Shown here piece after piece: positions 36,028 through 49,540 of a DNA stretch of 64,000 nt. Origin of the DNA: Leucoraja erinacea (lineage: Eukaryota); the NCBI RefSeq assembly GCF_028641065.1, contig NC_073377.1:158038001-158102000 (forward strand). Reading direction: 5' to 3'. The position numbers and the translations under genes are program-made. Below the pieces are notes generated by a model. It did not search any database and had not been told where the DNA came from. It was given only the letters and a program-made list of their open reading frames with translations. Every line of letters begins with the position of its first letter. The stretch's first letter is position 1.

Positions 36028-36880
36028 AGTTAGACCCAGGCAAAGCCACGGGTCCCGGTGATGTCAGCCCTAGTGTACTCAAGGAGTGTGCCAGCCAGTT
36101 GTGCGGAGTACTCCAGCATATCTTCAACCTGAGCGTGAGCCTGGAGGGGCTTCCTGTGATGTGGAAGACATCCAGCCTGGTTCTTGTACCGAAGAGGACA
36201 CGCCCCAACTCCTCCGATAACTACAGACCGGTGGTGCTAACTTCACACATCATGAGGTCCCTGGAGAGGCTGGTGCTCACTCACCAGCGACCTCTGGTTA
36301 AACCCTGCCTGGACCTCCTGCAGTTCGCTTACCAATCAAAGATGGGGGTTGAGGACACCATCATCCACCTGCTCCAAAGTTCCCATGCTCACCCAGTGGC
36401 GGACTGGGTCTAAAAATATTGGTTGCCAGGAGACAAAAGGGGCCCACTTCATCAGGGGCCCACGATATAGGGGGCCCACTTCATCAGGGGCCCACTTGCC
36501 ATCGGGCAAGCTGACACCCTGGCCAGTCTGCCACTGTACTCACCTGTATAAGCCAGGAAGCATTGTGAGAGTCATATTTTGTTACTTCTCCAATACGTTT
36601 AACACCATCCAGCCTGCACGGCTAGGGAGCAAACTGATGAAGATGCGGGTGGATGCTCCATTGGTGTCCTGGATCACCAACTACCTGACTGGACGACCAC
36701 AATATGTCAGGCTACAGAACTGTGCCTCGGACATGATAGTGAGCAACACAGGGGAATGTCCTCTCTCCCTTCCTGTGCACTATCTACACCTCGGACTTCA
36801 GATATAACTCAGATTCCTACCACCTGCAGAGTCTTTCAGATGACTCGGCAATTGTGGACTGCATCAGTGAGGGGAGGGGA
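36028..36880 (+). mobile_element. Rex1/Babar LINE RT fragment
   Basis: KATGPGDV..LKEC, DNYRPVVLTSHIMRSLERLV, QFAYQ, FSNTFNTIQP, WITNYLTGRPQYV. Confidence 0.85.
36394..36536. mobile_element. 143-bp hAT-type MITE nested in the Rex1 fragment
   Basis: TIR cagtggcggactgg / ccagtctgccactg. 8-bp TSD tgctcacc/tactcacc. Four internal ggggcccac motifs. Confidence 0.8.
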
Positions 36881-36914
36881 GGGAAGGCAAGGAAGCATCA
36901 TTTGATTGGCCATC

Positions 36915-37446
36915 AACTGAAAGACTGACAGAAATCCAGTTGTGTCTCAAAAGAAGCAGAAATTCATATACCTTGGCTTAATAATTCACAAATTATATAT
37001 GTACATCACTTTTCAAGGTATAAAATGAAAAAGACAAGTAATGTCTTTACTGAAGCAAAATTTCCAGCTTTGTTGTGTACCTTTGCAAAACAATTATTGT
37101 CTTTAACAAACAGTCTGAACTGTATGAATGGGCTTTTGGCTTGCACCAAGTGTTTGGTAAACACCAAAAAGCATCATCAACAACACAAAAAAGTATGTTT
37201 TTTTTTATCAGTTTATGGATCCAGATATCATGTGAATCTTTTCAGCAGAAGCCTACAGTTTCAGTTGAAAATTGGATCAGTGACCTGGGAGGGGGAGGAA
37301 AACAAAAAAAGCATCATTTGATTGGCCTTTTTTTTTTTTTTTTTTTTTGTTATCTGCGGAACTGAAAGACTGACAGAAATCCAGTTGTGTCTCAAAAGAA
37401 GCAGAAATTCATATACCTTGGCTTAATAATTCACAAATTATATATG
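36915..37446. repeat. ~87-bp exact direct repeat (36915-37001, 37360-37446)
   Basis: aactgaaagactgacagaaatcc...cacaaattatatatg occurs twice. Confidence 0.9.
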
Positions 37447-38360
37447 CTTCATTTTTTTCAGCTTTAAGAAAAAGGTAGAAAGGTAAATAAAATGCAAAAA
37501 GTCGTGAAGTGCAAGAGTGTTTACTGAAGAAAGCCCCTTCCAGCTTTGAAGTTGTGAGAAAATAGACCCTAGAAAAGAAAGAAAGAGAAAATGGAAACAA
37601 TCGCTCTATTATAACATTAAACTCCGCAGAAAGGGGACTACCAATGAGTCTGTTTTTGTTGTTTTACCTCCCGTTACCAGGTTGATACCACCATATTTGT
37701 TTTTTTTTGGTAAATTACTACCAAAAAGCATCATGTAATAGGTCCACAAAAAAGAAGTCTTTTGGAATTGGTTTGCTTTACCTGCTTTAGGAATCCATCT
37801 CTATCATGTGTAATCTTTTCAGCAGATATTTGAGCCCACATTTTCAGTTGAAAATTGCATTTTCAGAATTTAAGTATAAGCTTTTTTTTCCCATTATTAG
37901 CCCGTAATTAAATAAATTCTTCTGAAACACGTTTAATTCAGGGTTACCTTCCGATATTCCGAAGATAATCCATTCTGGTTTTGGTACCAGTTTTATTTTG
38001 ATCAATTTTGAAAAAATATCAAATATTTCATACCAGAATTTTTGGATTTTTGTACAAAAAACAAAAGAGTGCGCTATGGTAGCTTCTTGACACAGGCATT
38101 TATTCATTTTCTTTCTTTTCTAGGATCTATTTTCTCACTTTACTTCTCTCTAACTTCTTCTCTAAGGGGCTTTCTTTTCCCAACACTCTTGCACTTCACG
38201 ACTCTTGCGCACTCTCCTTACTTTCCTTACTTCTACCTTTTTCTTAAAGCTCAAAAAAAAATGAAGCGGTACAAAATATGTATTAAGATATATGTGTTGT
38301 GTAGTATTGTAATTTACCGTACTTCTAATAAAAATAAAATAAAAAATAAAAAAAGAAAAT
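37447..38360. mobile_element. L1-like 3' end, inverted structure (minus ORF2 C-term/3'UTR, then plus 3'UTR with A-rich tail)
   Basis: ORF 37844-38107 FWYEIFDIFSK..PEWIIFG. gtcgtgaagtgcaagagtg (37501) vs cactcttgcacttcacgac (38184). A-rich tail at 38327-38359. Confidence 0.6.
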
Positions 38361-40914
38361 TGGAAAATGTTCCTTTTCTCAACATAATCAAATCGAAATG
38401 AATTTCCTTTGCTTTGTTTAAGGCACACATTGCATGGGACAATTAGTTTGACGAGAAAATCTGGAAGTGCTTACATAATCTTGGCATTGTGGCAACAGCC
38501 TAGATCTCAAATCAGGCAGTTTTTTGTAACTGAGTGGTGGGGCAATCCCAGAATACTAATTCCACTTGGCAGAACTTCACAACGATTTACAGTTCCAGGT
38601 GCATAAATTCAGGACCTGAATGTTTTTAATGATTTTTCCTGCAAATGACGTATACAAATTTTGCTTTCTCCAAATTCTGAACACATGCACCTTCATTTCA
38701 TATCTCCCCCAGCACCTTCAGAAATGTCACCTTCTACAATTTATCCTTCAGCAGCCAACACAAGACTCTACTGTGGGATATCTCATTCTCATTCTAAACA
38801 CACACTCTTCTACTTCCTCCCTTCACAGTGACCACTACTTTGTCACGCAATCCAGCTTCATCACTTGCCTCTTTCACGATTCTTGCCTCATTTCATGTTC
38901 CACATTCCCATTCTCATTGTCGTGTTCCTTTAACCTTTCAACAAGCATCTTGCAGTGAAAACACTGAACACTCTCCAGGTCAGTCATGCTTATTTATTAA
39001 TACCTTTCCTCTGTTTGGGAGAACACAGAGGAGCAGGATTGGGCAACAACCATCAGACCTACTCCTCTTTCAAAGCTGGAGTGACATCGAAACCAATAGC
39101 CATCCAAAGCTGTTCAGAAAGGATATTGGGCTTCTCTGAATAAGGCCCCTGAATGAAATCCGAGCAAATGCACAAAGTGTAGCTTAACATAAAGTGTCAT
39201 GGTGATGCCTGTCATCTTTGTTGTCCATTGTTCTAACTCTTGACGATGTCCTCCTTCTCCTTCTTGGTGCTCAACATTCACAATCTTCACTCAACATCCA
39301 CAATCTTCTCAGCGTAGGAACATCTTTCTAAGAGGCTCATTGATGATTGAATGGCAGAGTAGACTTACTTCCGCTAGTTATAGGAGCCTAAATCTGCTCA
39401 TATAACTTATGAACATGAATTTATTTAAGGGATATCCTCACAACGAGAGAAAATATTAAGGGCTTCACCATTTTGTAATCAATGCTGAAGAGTTTACTGT
39501 TCTCCAGCCAAGCTCTCGAAACAAGAGGCCAGGAAGATCAGGAAACTACCATACAGGCTTTAGTATGGATTTTTGAAGGCATCACTCATATTCTCCAGCT
39601 TGCTGGTCCATAAATGAGTGGATGTGCTGAGTCCCAACCCTGGGAGTGATAGTAATTAAAGGGGAATTCCACATAAAGCCTTTACTCAATGTGATGTTGT
39701 GGTTGCTTCCCCACCACACTCTCAATGAATGCCAATGTTCAGACAGCTCAGACTGCTTGGTACATGTTAACCTGCAAGAAGATTCAAACTCCGAGAAGTC
39801 ACCAGCCACAAGCTTTCAGAGATTTCCATGTGAGCAATTGACACCATCCAGTGGACCAACGCCCTATATCTGTGTGATATGGATCCATAACAACAAAAAT
39901 AATAATAATTCGAAAACTTAAGTTAATAGCACTGGCATAGTTGTGAATATTTAACAGTGTAGTTGATTAGGTAGCAGGTGCATGCAATATTGTCACCCTG
40001 TTAGCATAAGTTTAGAAACCAGGTTATGTGGGAAGCAGCTAAGTTGAAATGATTGGCCACATTGCCAGAGCTAAGTTGTAAAGTGCACTCTGTGCAATGA
40101 AAGAATATTAATCCTTAGTTCATTATGTGGTACGCTCTGTTTCAGATGAGTTCATGCCTCTCATGGCAGTTGTGAATATGAAGGGATTAGAGTTTCTTCA
40201 GCATATGTTGTATGGGAAATTTCTCTTAGGAAAGTAGCTGCCAGTAAAACTGGTGCAACATTGCACAAATAATTTTCAGTGATTGCACACCAATTTAACA
40301 TTAATAGAGTGAACGAATGTTCATAAGCTGTTCCCAGGTCTGATGGTTTCATGAATATTATTTATTATGCCTTGGAGATGAGATATATCTGAATATTCTC
40401 ACATTCTGTTTCTTGCCTGGAAGGAGCCAGTGGAAAAAAATGTGATGAGCAGTGGTGACTCTGACTGCAACTGGAAGATTATGACCACTGGGTTGCTGTT
40501 CCGCCAGGCTGTATAGTTCAACAGCAATAATCCTTCCCAAACACATCCTCCTTATGCACTGTGTCTTAAGGTTATTTAAGAAACTGGTTCTAAATCTAGA
40601 GACTCTGAGTTCTGAAGAAAACCTTTTACAAACAGTTCCTTTCAATGCAGGCTTCCAACAGCTTAAATAACATTTTCAATTTGCTTGGGACTCTGCTGCG
40701 TCTCCTCCTCTCCGATTATTCCTCCGTCCACAGGAATAAAGTGAAAAGGAAGCTAGTCAAGGGAAAATACAGTATATATATAATTTAGAAGCCTCTGATA
40801 CTCCCAGGTCCAATCATGTCAGGAAGCAAATGAATCTTACTTGAATCTATTCATGAGCCATCCACTTCAATTGCAGTGTGTACATCTGCAATCTTTGTCA
40901 TATGATGAATACAA

Positions 40915-41560
40915 AATAGACACAGAGGTGCTGGAGTATCTCAGAGGGTCAGGCAACATTTCTAGAGAACGCGGATAGGTGACGTATTGGAATGGGACTT
41001 TCTTTAGATCTATTGTGGCGGAGTGCAAGAAAGGTGGAAGAGAGGAGGGGCAGGACAAAACGTGACAAGTGATAGGTGGATGCAGGTGAGGGAGGGGTTT
41101 TATAGGTGGGGGTGGTTTAGTTAGTTTAGCTTATTGTCACGTGTACCGAGGTAGTGTGAAAAGATTTTGTTGTGTGCTAATCAGTCAAGAGAAAGCCAAT
41201 GCATCATTACAATCGAGCCATCCACAATGCACAGATACATGATGAAGTGAATAATGTTTAGTGCAAGATAAAGTCCAGTATAATCCGATCAAAGATAGTC
41301 TAAGAGTCTCCAATGAGGTCGGCAGCAGCTCAGAACAGCTCTCTAGTTGTTGGTTGGATGGTTCAGTTGGTGTATCTGTATTCACTCATCACTTCCCAGC
41401 TTTGTGCTGCCCCTCCTCTCCCCAGCATCACAATCTATCTGAAGAAGGACCCCAAATCAAAATGTCACCTAAGCCTGTTCTCCAGAGATGCTGCCTGGTC
41501 CACAGTGCTACTCCAGCACTTTGCGTCGGAGGATCTGCGGTTCCTTGTATCTACTCTGCT
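40915..41560. mobile_element. Decayed inverted PLE tails enclosing a Rex-type 3' UTR fragment (41115-41370)
   Basis: PLE tail minus at 40915-41110 and plus at 41385-41550 (tctgaagaagg...aatgtcacc). ttattgtcacgtgtaccgagg tail in between. Confidence 0.6.
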
Positions 41561-41584
41561 GAATAAATTTAGGTCAGTGAGATT

Positions 41585-41832
41585 TTAATTTTAGTTTTAG
41601 AGATGTAGCACAGAAACAGGTCCTTCGGCCCATCGAATCCACACCGACCAATGATCACCCGCTCACACTAGTTCTACCTTGCACACCAGGGATAATTTAC
41701 AGAAATCAAGTAAACTACAAACCTGTACATCGTAGGAATGTGGGAGGAAACCGAGGGACCCAGAGGAAACCCACGTGGTCACAGGGAGAACATACAAACT
41801 CTGTGGTCAGGATTGTGCCACTGTGCTGCCCT
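41585..41832 (-). mobile_element. HE1/V-type SINE (partially deleted)
   Basis: V-domain tgtgggaggaaaccg...ggaaacccacgtggtcacagggagaac..caaactc with CR1-type tail. Confidence 0.75.
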
Positions 41833-42304
41833 GATTTTGTTATAGTTATCTCTTGATTTAACCTCCGACACTTGACAAGTTGGTTTAAGATTGGATTTAT
41901 TTATTTTAGCTCTTTAAAATTTGCAATATTATACCTGTATAATTATTTTAAAAAATACTTGAAAATTCCATGCAGGTCCTATCTTGGAAGATCAGAGGAC
42001 AAAGATTGATCAAACATCCTTGCAGGACTTAATAATGTTGTTGTTTATGTTAATTATAATAATTGAACTGGAAAGGTTCACCCACTTATCCACCATGACT
42101 TGCAATAAATATCACAGGAAACCCGTGCTTGCATCAATTTTTGTGGGATTCTGTTTTTTTTTTTACAGATTACTGCATGAATAGTAAACCCTTATGGAAA
42201 TTAATTTGCCTAATTGTGACAGGCAGGTTAATTTTTGATCACTTGAATGAAAGAAAACACAATTATTTGGCACATTCTACAATCTCAAGGCACCCTACAG
42301 CTAA

Positions 42305-42760
42305 TATTATTGTTACGTGTATCGAGGTAACGTGATTGTCACGTGTATCGAGATTATTGTCACGTGTATAGAGGTAAAAACCTTTTTGTTGCATGCTATC
42401 CAGTCAAAAATTATACATGATTACAATCAAGCCATCCACTATGTACAGATGCAGGATAAACGGTATAACGTTTAGTGCAAGATAAAGTCCGATAGAGTAT
42501 GATTAAAAATAGTTCAAAGGTCTCCAATGAGGTAGATGGAAGGTCAGGACCACACTCTAGCTGGTGAGAGGATGGTTCAATTGCCTGATAACACTTGGGA
42601 TGAAACTGTCCCTGAATCTGGAGGTGTGCGTTTTCAAATCTCTTAACTCTTGCCTGATAGGAGAGGGGAGAAGACGGGGTGACTGGCCCTTGATTACCTG
42701 GTGCCCTTGCTGAGGCAGCGTGAAGTGTAGATGGAGTCAATGGAAGGGAGATTGATTGAA
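42305..42760 (-). mobile_element. Rex/L2-type 3' fragment with triplicated tail motif
   Basis: attgtcacgtgtatcgag x3 at 42305-42376. Shares 3' UTR with 41115-41370 and 49540-49700. Confidence 0.65.
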
Positions 42761-43236
42761 TGTGTGAATGTTTCTAATGTTCACAAACACATCAAGGCAA
42801 TAAAATAAACGAAATAAAATTTAATGAGCTGCAGTTTCAAACAGATTTAATTGAAGTCTGAGTGCTCAGCAATATTTAATCAGACGAAAATTGGTCTAGT
42901 CTATTAAATATTATTCTGTAGTGATGCTGGCTCATTCTTGTAATTCCATTTGAGAACTAAAGACATTTAAGAAATAATTTAATTGAAAAATGTAACGTTA
43001 TAAAGGGATGGAAATGAATGGGGAAAACAAATTGTTACTGGCTACTGAGAATTAAAAATCAGCAGACAAACAACCAGTTGGGAACATAACAACAAGTTGG
43101 GAACATAGTCATGTATCAGATCTGATAGAAACGTGCGCATAAAACCTGGATTGTCATCTTGCTAAAAGCTAGTAAGTTGGCAAGTTACCTTCATCTATTA
43201 ATGTTCTGAGATAAGGTAATCAACCTCAAAAGTTAA

Positions 43237-43620
43237 CATAGAAACATAGAAACATAGAAATTAGGTGCAGGAGTAGGCCATTCGGCCCTTCGAGCCTGCA
43301 CCGCCATTCAACATGATCATGGCTGATCATCCAACTCAGTATCCCGTACCTGCCTTCTCTCCATACCCTCTGATCCCCTTAGCCACAAGGGCCACATCTA
43401 ACTCCCTCTTAAATATGGCAAATGAACTGGCCTCAACTACCCTCTGTGGCAGAGAGTTCCAGAGATTCACCACTCTCTGTGTGAAAAATGTTCTTCTCAT
43501 CTCGGTTTTAAAGGATTTCCCCCTTATCCTTAAGCTGTGACCCCTTGTCCTGGACTTCCCCAACATCGGGAACAATCCTCCTGCATCTAACCTGTCCAAC
43601 CCCTTAAGAATTTTGTAAGT
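43237..43620 (-). mobile_element. Young HER1/CR1 3' fragment
   Basis: ORF 43336-43644 YKILKGLDRLDAGGLFPMLGKSRTRGHSLRIRG... with (tagaaaca)n tail. Confidence 0.9.
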
Positions 43621-45771
43621 TGAATTTTTGTAGTTTTGTAACATCTGAAAGCTTGTCCATTACATGTCACCAGTCTCGATCAGCCATACTGGAGGTCACT
43701 GAGCAGAAGACAGGCCAAGGTATACGCCAGGTACTCATTAAAATAATATACAAAGTTGGTTCATGAATGTTTGCCATTTTTGGAACAATTGGATGCATAG
43801 ATATTTCTTCAAATGTTAATTTTGTGTGGCATTTTATTCAACAGTTGTGCTTAAGCAGATAATCATAGACTAAATGTGAGAGAGAGAAGATGAAATAGGA
43901 ACTGAAGTTGAATGTGAAATAGTCTTTCTCTTTAACTATCTTCACTTATGGGACATGCATTTCATTGGTAGGTCTGGCATTTAATAACCAATCCTGAATG
44001 TTCGAGAAGATGGAGGAGAGCTGCCTTTAAATATTTCATTCCTTGAATAAAGGTTTTCCAACTATATTGTTACACGGGGATTCCAGGATTTTTTCCCCGG
44101 CAGCATTTACATCCAAGGTTCAACGATTCAATGGTTTCTTTCTTGTCACGTGTACTAGGTACACTGAAATACGTTTTTGCGTACAGCTCAGCAGGACTAT
44201 CCCTGTACATAAGTACAAACACCCCACCAAGTCCATATGCAAGAGGCACCATTTTGGTGCCATTTTACAGTCCCAGCTGCAGTTGTAGCCGTTGCCTCCA
44301 TTTTGGTCATCCCATGACCCAATGTCCCTCTCCATGCCTGCCCTCTTCAGCCCATGCTCCAAAGGGGGGGGACATGTCAGGAATGAAAGTGATGAACAGG
44401 TAATGTTCTTATGATTTTCTCTCTTTATTCAGAGAAGCAGATTTTGCAGATTTGTCAGTTATTGGTGAAGAAAACCTAGCAACTTGCTGCCATGCATTTT
44501 GTTGGGGGTAATCATTGCAAACAGTGAACCAATAGTGAACAGCATGAATGCTCCGGGTTTTGGATATATGTTGCTTTTTTCTAGATGGTATCGCATTTCT
44601 TGAGTGTTGTCGGAATTGGATTCATCTAACAGAGTTCACAATATAATGTCATACTCTTTGGGAAGCTGAGAAGAGATTTTGGAGTGTAAGGAGGTGAGTG
44701 CCTAGCCACAGAGTACTCGATCTCTAATTGCTGTTGTAGCCACAGTATTTATGTGGTATTATGTGGTAGGGAACTTCTTGGTTTACAACAACTATTAGGA
44801 AGCTAACGATGCAGGATTTTATGAAGGCAATTCAGTTGATTCTCAAGAGGTGATGATTACATAGCATGGCATTTCAGTAATATTAATGTTACTTGTCAAT
44901 TAACAGACTATGCTTGGATATTAGTTCGGCCTTATTGTGCATGGAACTGTTGTTTTAAATTTAAAAAAATTATGTGAAGTAATTTCTAGTCTTCAGTCTT
45001 CCTGAATGATTAGTTGGTGGAAATTTTCACTCATCTAGTACAGGATATTGATTTGGAGATTGTGGAAGGCTCAAGAAATGAATTGGTGAGACAGAACTTA
45101 ATATAAGATTCCATGCAAGAGATTTATGAAAGACAATACTGGAAATAACATCACTTTAAGTTGTGCAGCAATGATATATCAGAATTAGTGCCTAAAAGAC
45201 AACAGATTAGGAATGTATTCATACAAATCCAAGAAATGCAGCATTGTGGCAATTAAAAACATCTTAATGTAGATTTATTTTGTTTTGATGTGAAAGTGAA
45301 CATTGGTAAAGTTGGCACCTTATTTTTAATAGAGATTTTTGCTTACAAGTTTTGTCTGATGTAAAACTCCTTCCAAATATGTGAATAGTGGTACAGCACC
45401 CAAAATTCATCATTGGCAAGATTTTTGCCAACACTAGTATTATAAATGTCAGCCGTTGTTCACTCAGAGAACAACAGCTTTCACTAAAGCTTATTTCTCA
45501 GAAAACAGAGCTATTTAAAGAGCCAGTCCTACTTAACTAGATTTCATAGCCAGACTGCTGCACAGTATTTTCACACTCTCAACCTACACTGCACACTGCC
45601 CACAGGTCTTCCTTGTGGCTTTAAACGCTGTTCTAAAAACAAAACTAACTTATAATGGGGATTTACTTACACTTACCATGCCTCCCGATGGATGACAGGG
45701 ATGTGCAACAAGCACTTCTCAGGCATCAGAAGCACCCACAGAGAACATGCAGGAGGCGATCTAGAGCATAG

Positions 45772-47100
45772 AGTCTAAGGGTTATGCAGCATGGAAACAG
45801 GCCCTTCAGCCCAATTCATCCATGTTAATCAAAATGTCTATCTGAACAAGTACCATCTGCTTGCATTTGGTCCTTATCCCTCCAAATCTTTCCTTCATGT
45901 ACTTGCCTTTTAGTTTAGTTTAGTTTAGTTTAGAGATACAGCGTGGAAAAAGGCCTTTTGGCCCACCGAGTCCGCACCGACCAGTGACCCCTGCACTAAC
46001 GTTACACACACTAGGGACAATTTACACTTATTGATTGATTGATTGATTGATTCTTTTAATGACCACACAGCCAGGCTGGTGGAATTTGTTATGCCAATGC
46101 AGCACATTAAAAAAAAAAGAATACAAACATGACAATACTAAAGAACTTTAACATGAAAACATCCCCCCACAATGGTTCCCATTATGAGGGAAGGCACAAA
46201 GTCCAGTCCCCGACCCCAGTTCCCCCATAGTCGGGCCAATTGAGGCCTCCACAGTTCCCTCTACGGAGGCCCGATGTTCCAGGCCGTTCTTGCCGGGTGA
46301 TGTTGTTCCGGCGTCGGGAGAGTCCTCTCAGCGGCCTGGGAACCCTGGAAACGGCCACCTCCTTACTCGAGAGACCGTGGCTTCCGGAGCCGACAAGGCC
46401 GGAATACCAAGCCAATTCATACCCGTACGTTTTTTTTTGGAGTGTTGGAGGAAACAGAAGATCTCGGAGAAAACCCACGCGATCATTGAGAGAGCGTACA
46501 AACTCCATACAGGCAGCGCCCATAGTCCAGATCAAACCCGGGTCTCCGGCGCTGCAAGTGCTATAAGGCAGCAACTCTACCGCTGCACCACCATGCTGCC
46601 CATAAATGTTGTGCCCACTTCTACAACTTATTCTGGCAACTTGTTCCAAATATTTACCAGCCTCTGTGGAAATAGTTTGCCCCCCTCAGATCCCTTTTAA
46701 ATCTTTCCTCTCACCTTAACCCTCTGCCTTCTAGTTTTAGACTCCCTTCCCTGGGAAAAGTTTGTGACCATCAACCTTATCGATACTCCTGATTTTATAT
46801 ACCAATCAAAGTCCTACGGTCTAGGGAAAATAGTTCCAGCCTATCCTTCCTCTCCTTACAACTCAAGCCTTATAGCCCCAGTGACATCTTCAGGCATCTT
46901 TTCTGCACCTTTTCCAACATAGTTGTATCCCGCCCATAGCTGGGCAACCAGAACTGCATTCCAAGTGTGGTCCCATAAATGACTTGTATAGTTGCAATAT
47001 AACATACCAACCTATATACTGAATTGCCCTGATTTATGAAGACCAGCATGCCCAATGCCTTCTTCATCTCCCTATCTACCTTCATTGCCATTTTTCTACA
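45772..47100 (-). mobile_element. Old CR1 3' fragment with nested V-SINE
   Basis: ORF 46870-47190 (MKKALGMLVFI..QFWLP..LEKVQKR) and CR1 tail near 45772. Confidence 0.7.
45908..46600 (-). mobile_element. HE1/V-type tRNA-derived SINE, interrupted by GC-rich insert 46030-46405
   Basis: Head gggcagcatggtggtgcagcggtagagttgctgcc (A box) ... ggtttgatc (B box), V-domain, (ctaaa)n tail. Confidence 0.8.
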
Positions 47101-47299
47101 ATGTTGAATGCTCAACAATCTACATTGTTCGACATTCAGGGGGTCATGGGCAGCTCTGTATTGCATGCTTTGGCCTTCTGATGAGCTCAACCATTATGTG
47201 CTCATAGGAAGCAGGCTGAAGACAGACAAAGAGGACAGCAGGAATGCCAAGATTACTATTAGGACGAGGGAGCCGGAAAAAGAGAATGGAAAGACAGGT

Positions 47300-48042
47300 G
47301 TGGATTGGATTGGATTCAATTTTATTGTCATTGCACTTTTCAGTGCAACAAAATGGTTTAGCCTGCAGTCATAACATAGAATAAATAACAAAACACACGC
47401 TCAACACAGTTTAAAGTCCCAAAGACATTGTCTCTTCCCTCCTTGCTCTCCCTCTGCGCCGAGGCAATCCAGGCCTCCGATGTTGTGACCCCGCCGGGTG
47501 ATGGTAAGCAAGTCCCGCGGCTGAATCCGAGCTCCGCAAACGGGCCTGTTCAAACTCCGCGGCCCGGGGTGGTCGAAGCTGCCGAAGCTGCCGCCCTCCA
47601 GTCCAGCGGACGCAGCTGTAGTTGCGGGAGCTCCAGAAAAACAGGTCACCAACCTGTGAACTGCGAGCTCCCGACGATGTCGTCCACTGGCCCGCGGCCG
47701 AGTCTCCGAGGCTCCAAAGTCGGGTCGGAAGTTGGGTCGCAACGCCACCACAGCCCCGAAGTCGGCCAGCCTCGCGTTGGTAAGTCCTGGTTGGCTCTGC
47801 CTCTGGAGCCTCGAGGTCGGTCCCAGTTGGAGGCCGCCAGCTCCGCGATAGGCCTCAGCGCAGACAGACACGGAGACGGGGGATACGGCAAGAAAGGTCC
47901 CATCCCCCCCGAAGGAAGAGTCAAAAAACATGTTACACCCACACACACATACACAACTAAATAAACCAAAAATAAACTGTAAAAATGGGACAAAAGAAAA
48001 CAACAAAACAAGAAAAGACAAACGGACGCCACTTCCGGAACC
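47300..48042 (-). mobile_element. GC-rich non-coding repeat with LINE-type 3' tail
   Basis: 5' ggttccggaagtggcg followed by a T-rich tract. 3' ...gcaatgacaataaaattgaatccaatccaatc tail. Confidence 0.55.
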
Positions 48043-49277
48043 TGGCCCCACTCACGACAGACTCTCAGCATCAAGAACCTCATCCAAAGCTTCCCCTGGA
48101 GAACAGCCTTCTGCATATTACCTTGTGACCCCAATGGTATCCAACGTTTCCTACACAATGTAATACAATCAATTTACTGTGATCACTACACAGCAATCTA
48201 TACTGCATCAAAAAATATTTACAATAATGTTACTTAGCTAAGAATAAATGCATACTCTGTCTCCAATGAATAAGAGACTGAATCTCTCTATTCAGTTTTT
48301 AGTGTCAGCCAGATGTTGCTGGGTGGGTTTGCTTAAAGCAGAATACTTCATTGAAAAGGTAGAGATTGTAATCATCATGAAATCTTGCAATAATATGAAT
48401 GACACTCCTTACTCGCAACACTGAACAATGAAAATAGCAGGGCCACTAAAAGAGGTCCGAAGAATACTAAATAATGCCTTCATGATTCAATGGAACCAGC
48501 AGGCAGGAGCTGCACTTGATCGAAATACATTCAGTAAGCTCTTGCTCTTATTTGCAATTGCAACCTTCAACATGGTGGCATAACCCAACATCATTATTTG
48601 ACAGCCACACTGAGGTCCTCAAGCTCTAATGAGCCTATGTAGAAGAAACATGACATTGGTGTTGCACAATGATGTGCTTCAGGCATACAAATCTAGCCTA
48701 ACCTTCTGACGTTTTCTTCCCCACAATGACTTTTGAATAACATTTCTCATATGAAAGGGCATGAAGCATGGATTGGCTTTCTGACGTTTGACAGGTTTTA
48801 GTGTAACCACACAATCCAATACATCCTCACATTTCCCAAATGATCTCAACTCAGTGCATATTAGCTTTATCTATTAGATCAAACTTGACGTGATGTCACT
48901 CTGCACTACGGTTGAATTCTGAGAGAGCACAGCCTGTACAGTGTCATCATAATGAACCTTCTACACCAGTCCAGTATTATTGCTAATATTAAATCACCAT
49001 GGTATAAGGGAGCTTGATAATAGTAGGCTGTTGCTGGCAACGTCTACTGCTCACTGTGCCAGTCAATGGAGGCCACATTGTAACCTCATGACATGGCATG
49101 AAAAACCACATCCTCTCTTGTGAACCATCCCTTGAAGCTGATCTGAGCAATAGGCAAAACATCATCCGAGAATGGGACTGCATGAGATGACAGGATTTGC
49201 ACCCATGTGCATAGGTGATCTCACATTGACAACTGCATAGACATTAATACCAAGGCTGGCTTTACAGTTTCTTCGAA

Positions 49278-49540
49278 TGGAGACGAGGAAACACTTTTTT
49301 CTCACAGACAGTTGAGAGTCTGTGGAATTCTCTGCCTCGGAGGGTAGTGGAGGCCGGTTTTTTGGACACTTTCAAGAGAGAGCTAGATAGGGTTCTTAAA
49401 GATAGCGAAGTCAGGGGATATGGGGAGAAGGCAGAAACGGGGTACTGATTGGGGATGATCAGCCATGATCACATTGAATGGTGGTGTTGGCTCGAAGGGC
49501 CGAATAGCCTACTCCTGCACCTATTGTCTATTGTCTATCT
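49278..49540 (+). mobile_element. HER1/CR1 3' fragment
   Basis: Same tail as 10775-11021. Confidence 0.82.

Noticed and set aside
43960-44950. Possible very old LINE remnants (also ~38690-39800, ~62400-63250)
   Set aside because: Resemblance too weak to classify or delimit by eye.
46530-46600. tRNA-like A/B boxes (also 60101-60395)
   Set aside because: Heads of V-type SINEs continuing into V-domain and LINE tail; no cloverleaf.
47401-48163. 170-216-aa ORFs
   Set aside because: Inside a GC-rich interspersed repeat; no protein motifs recognised.
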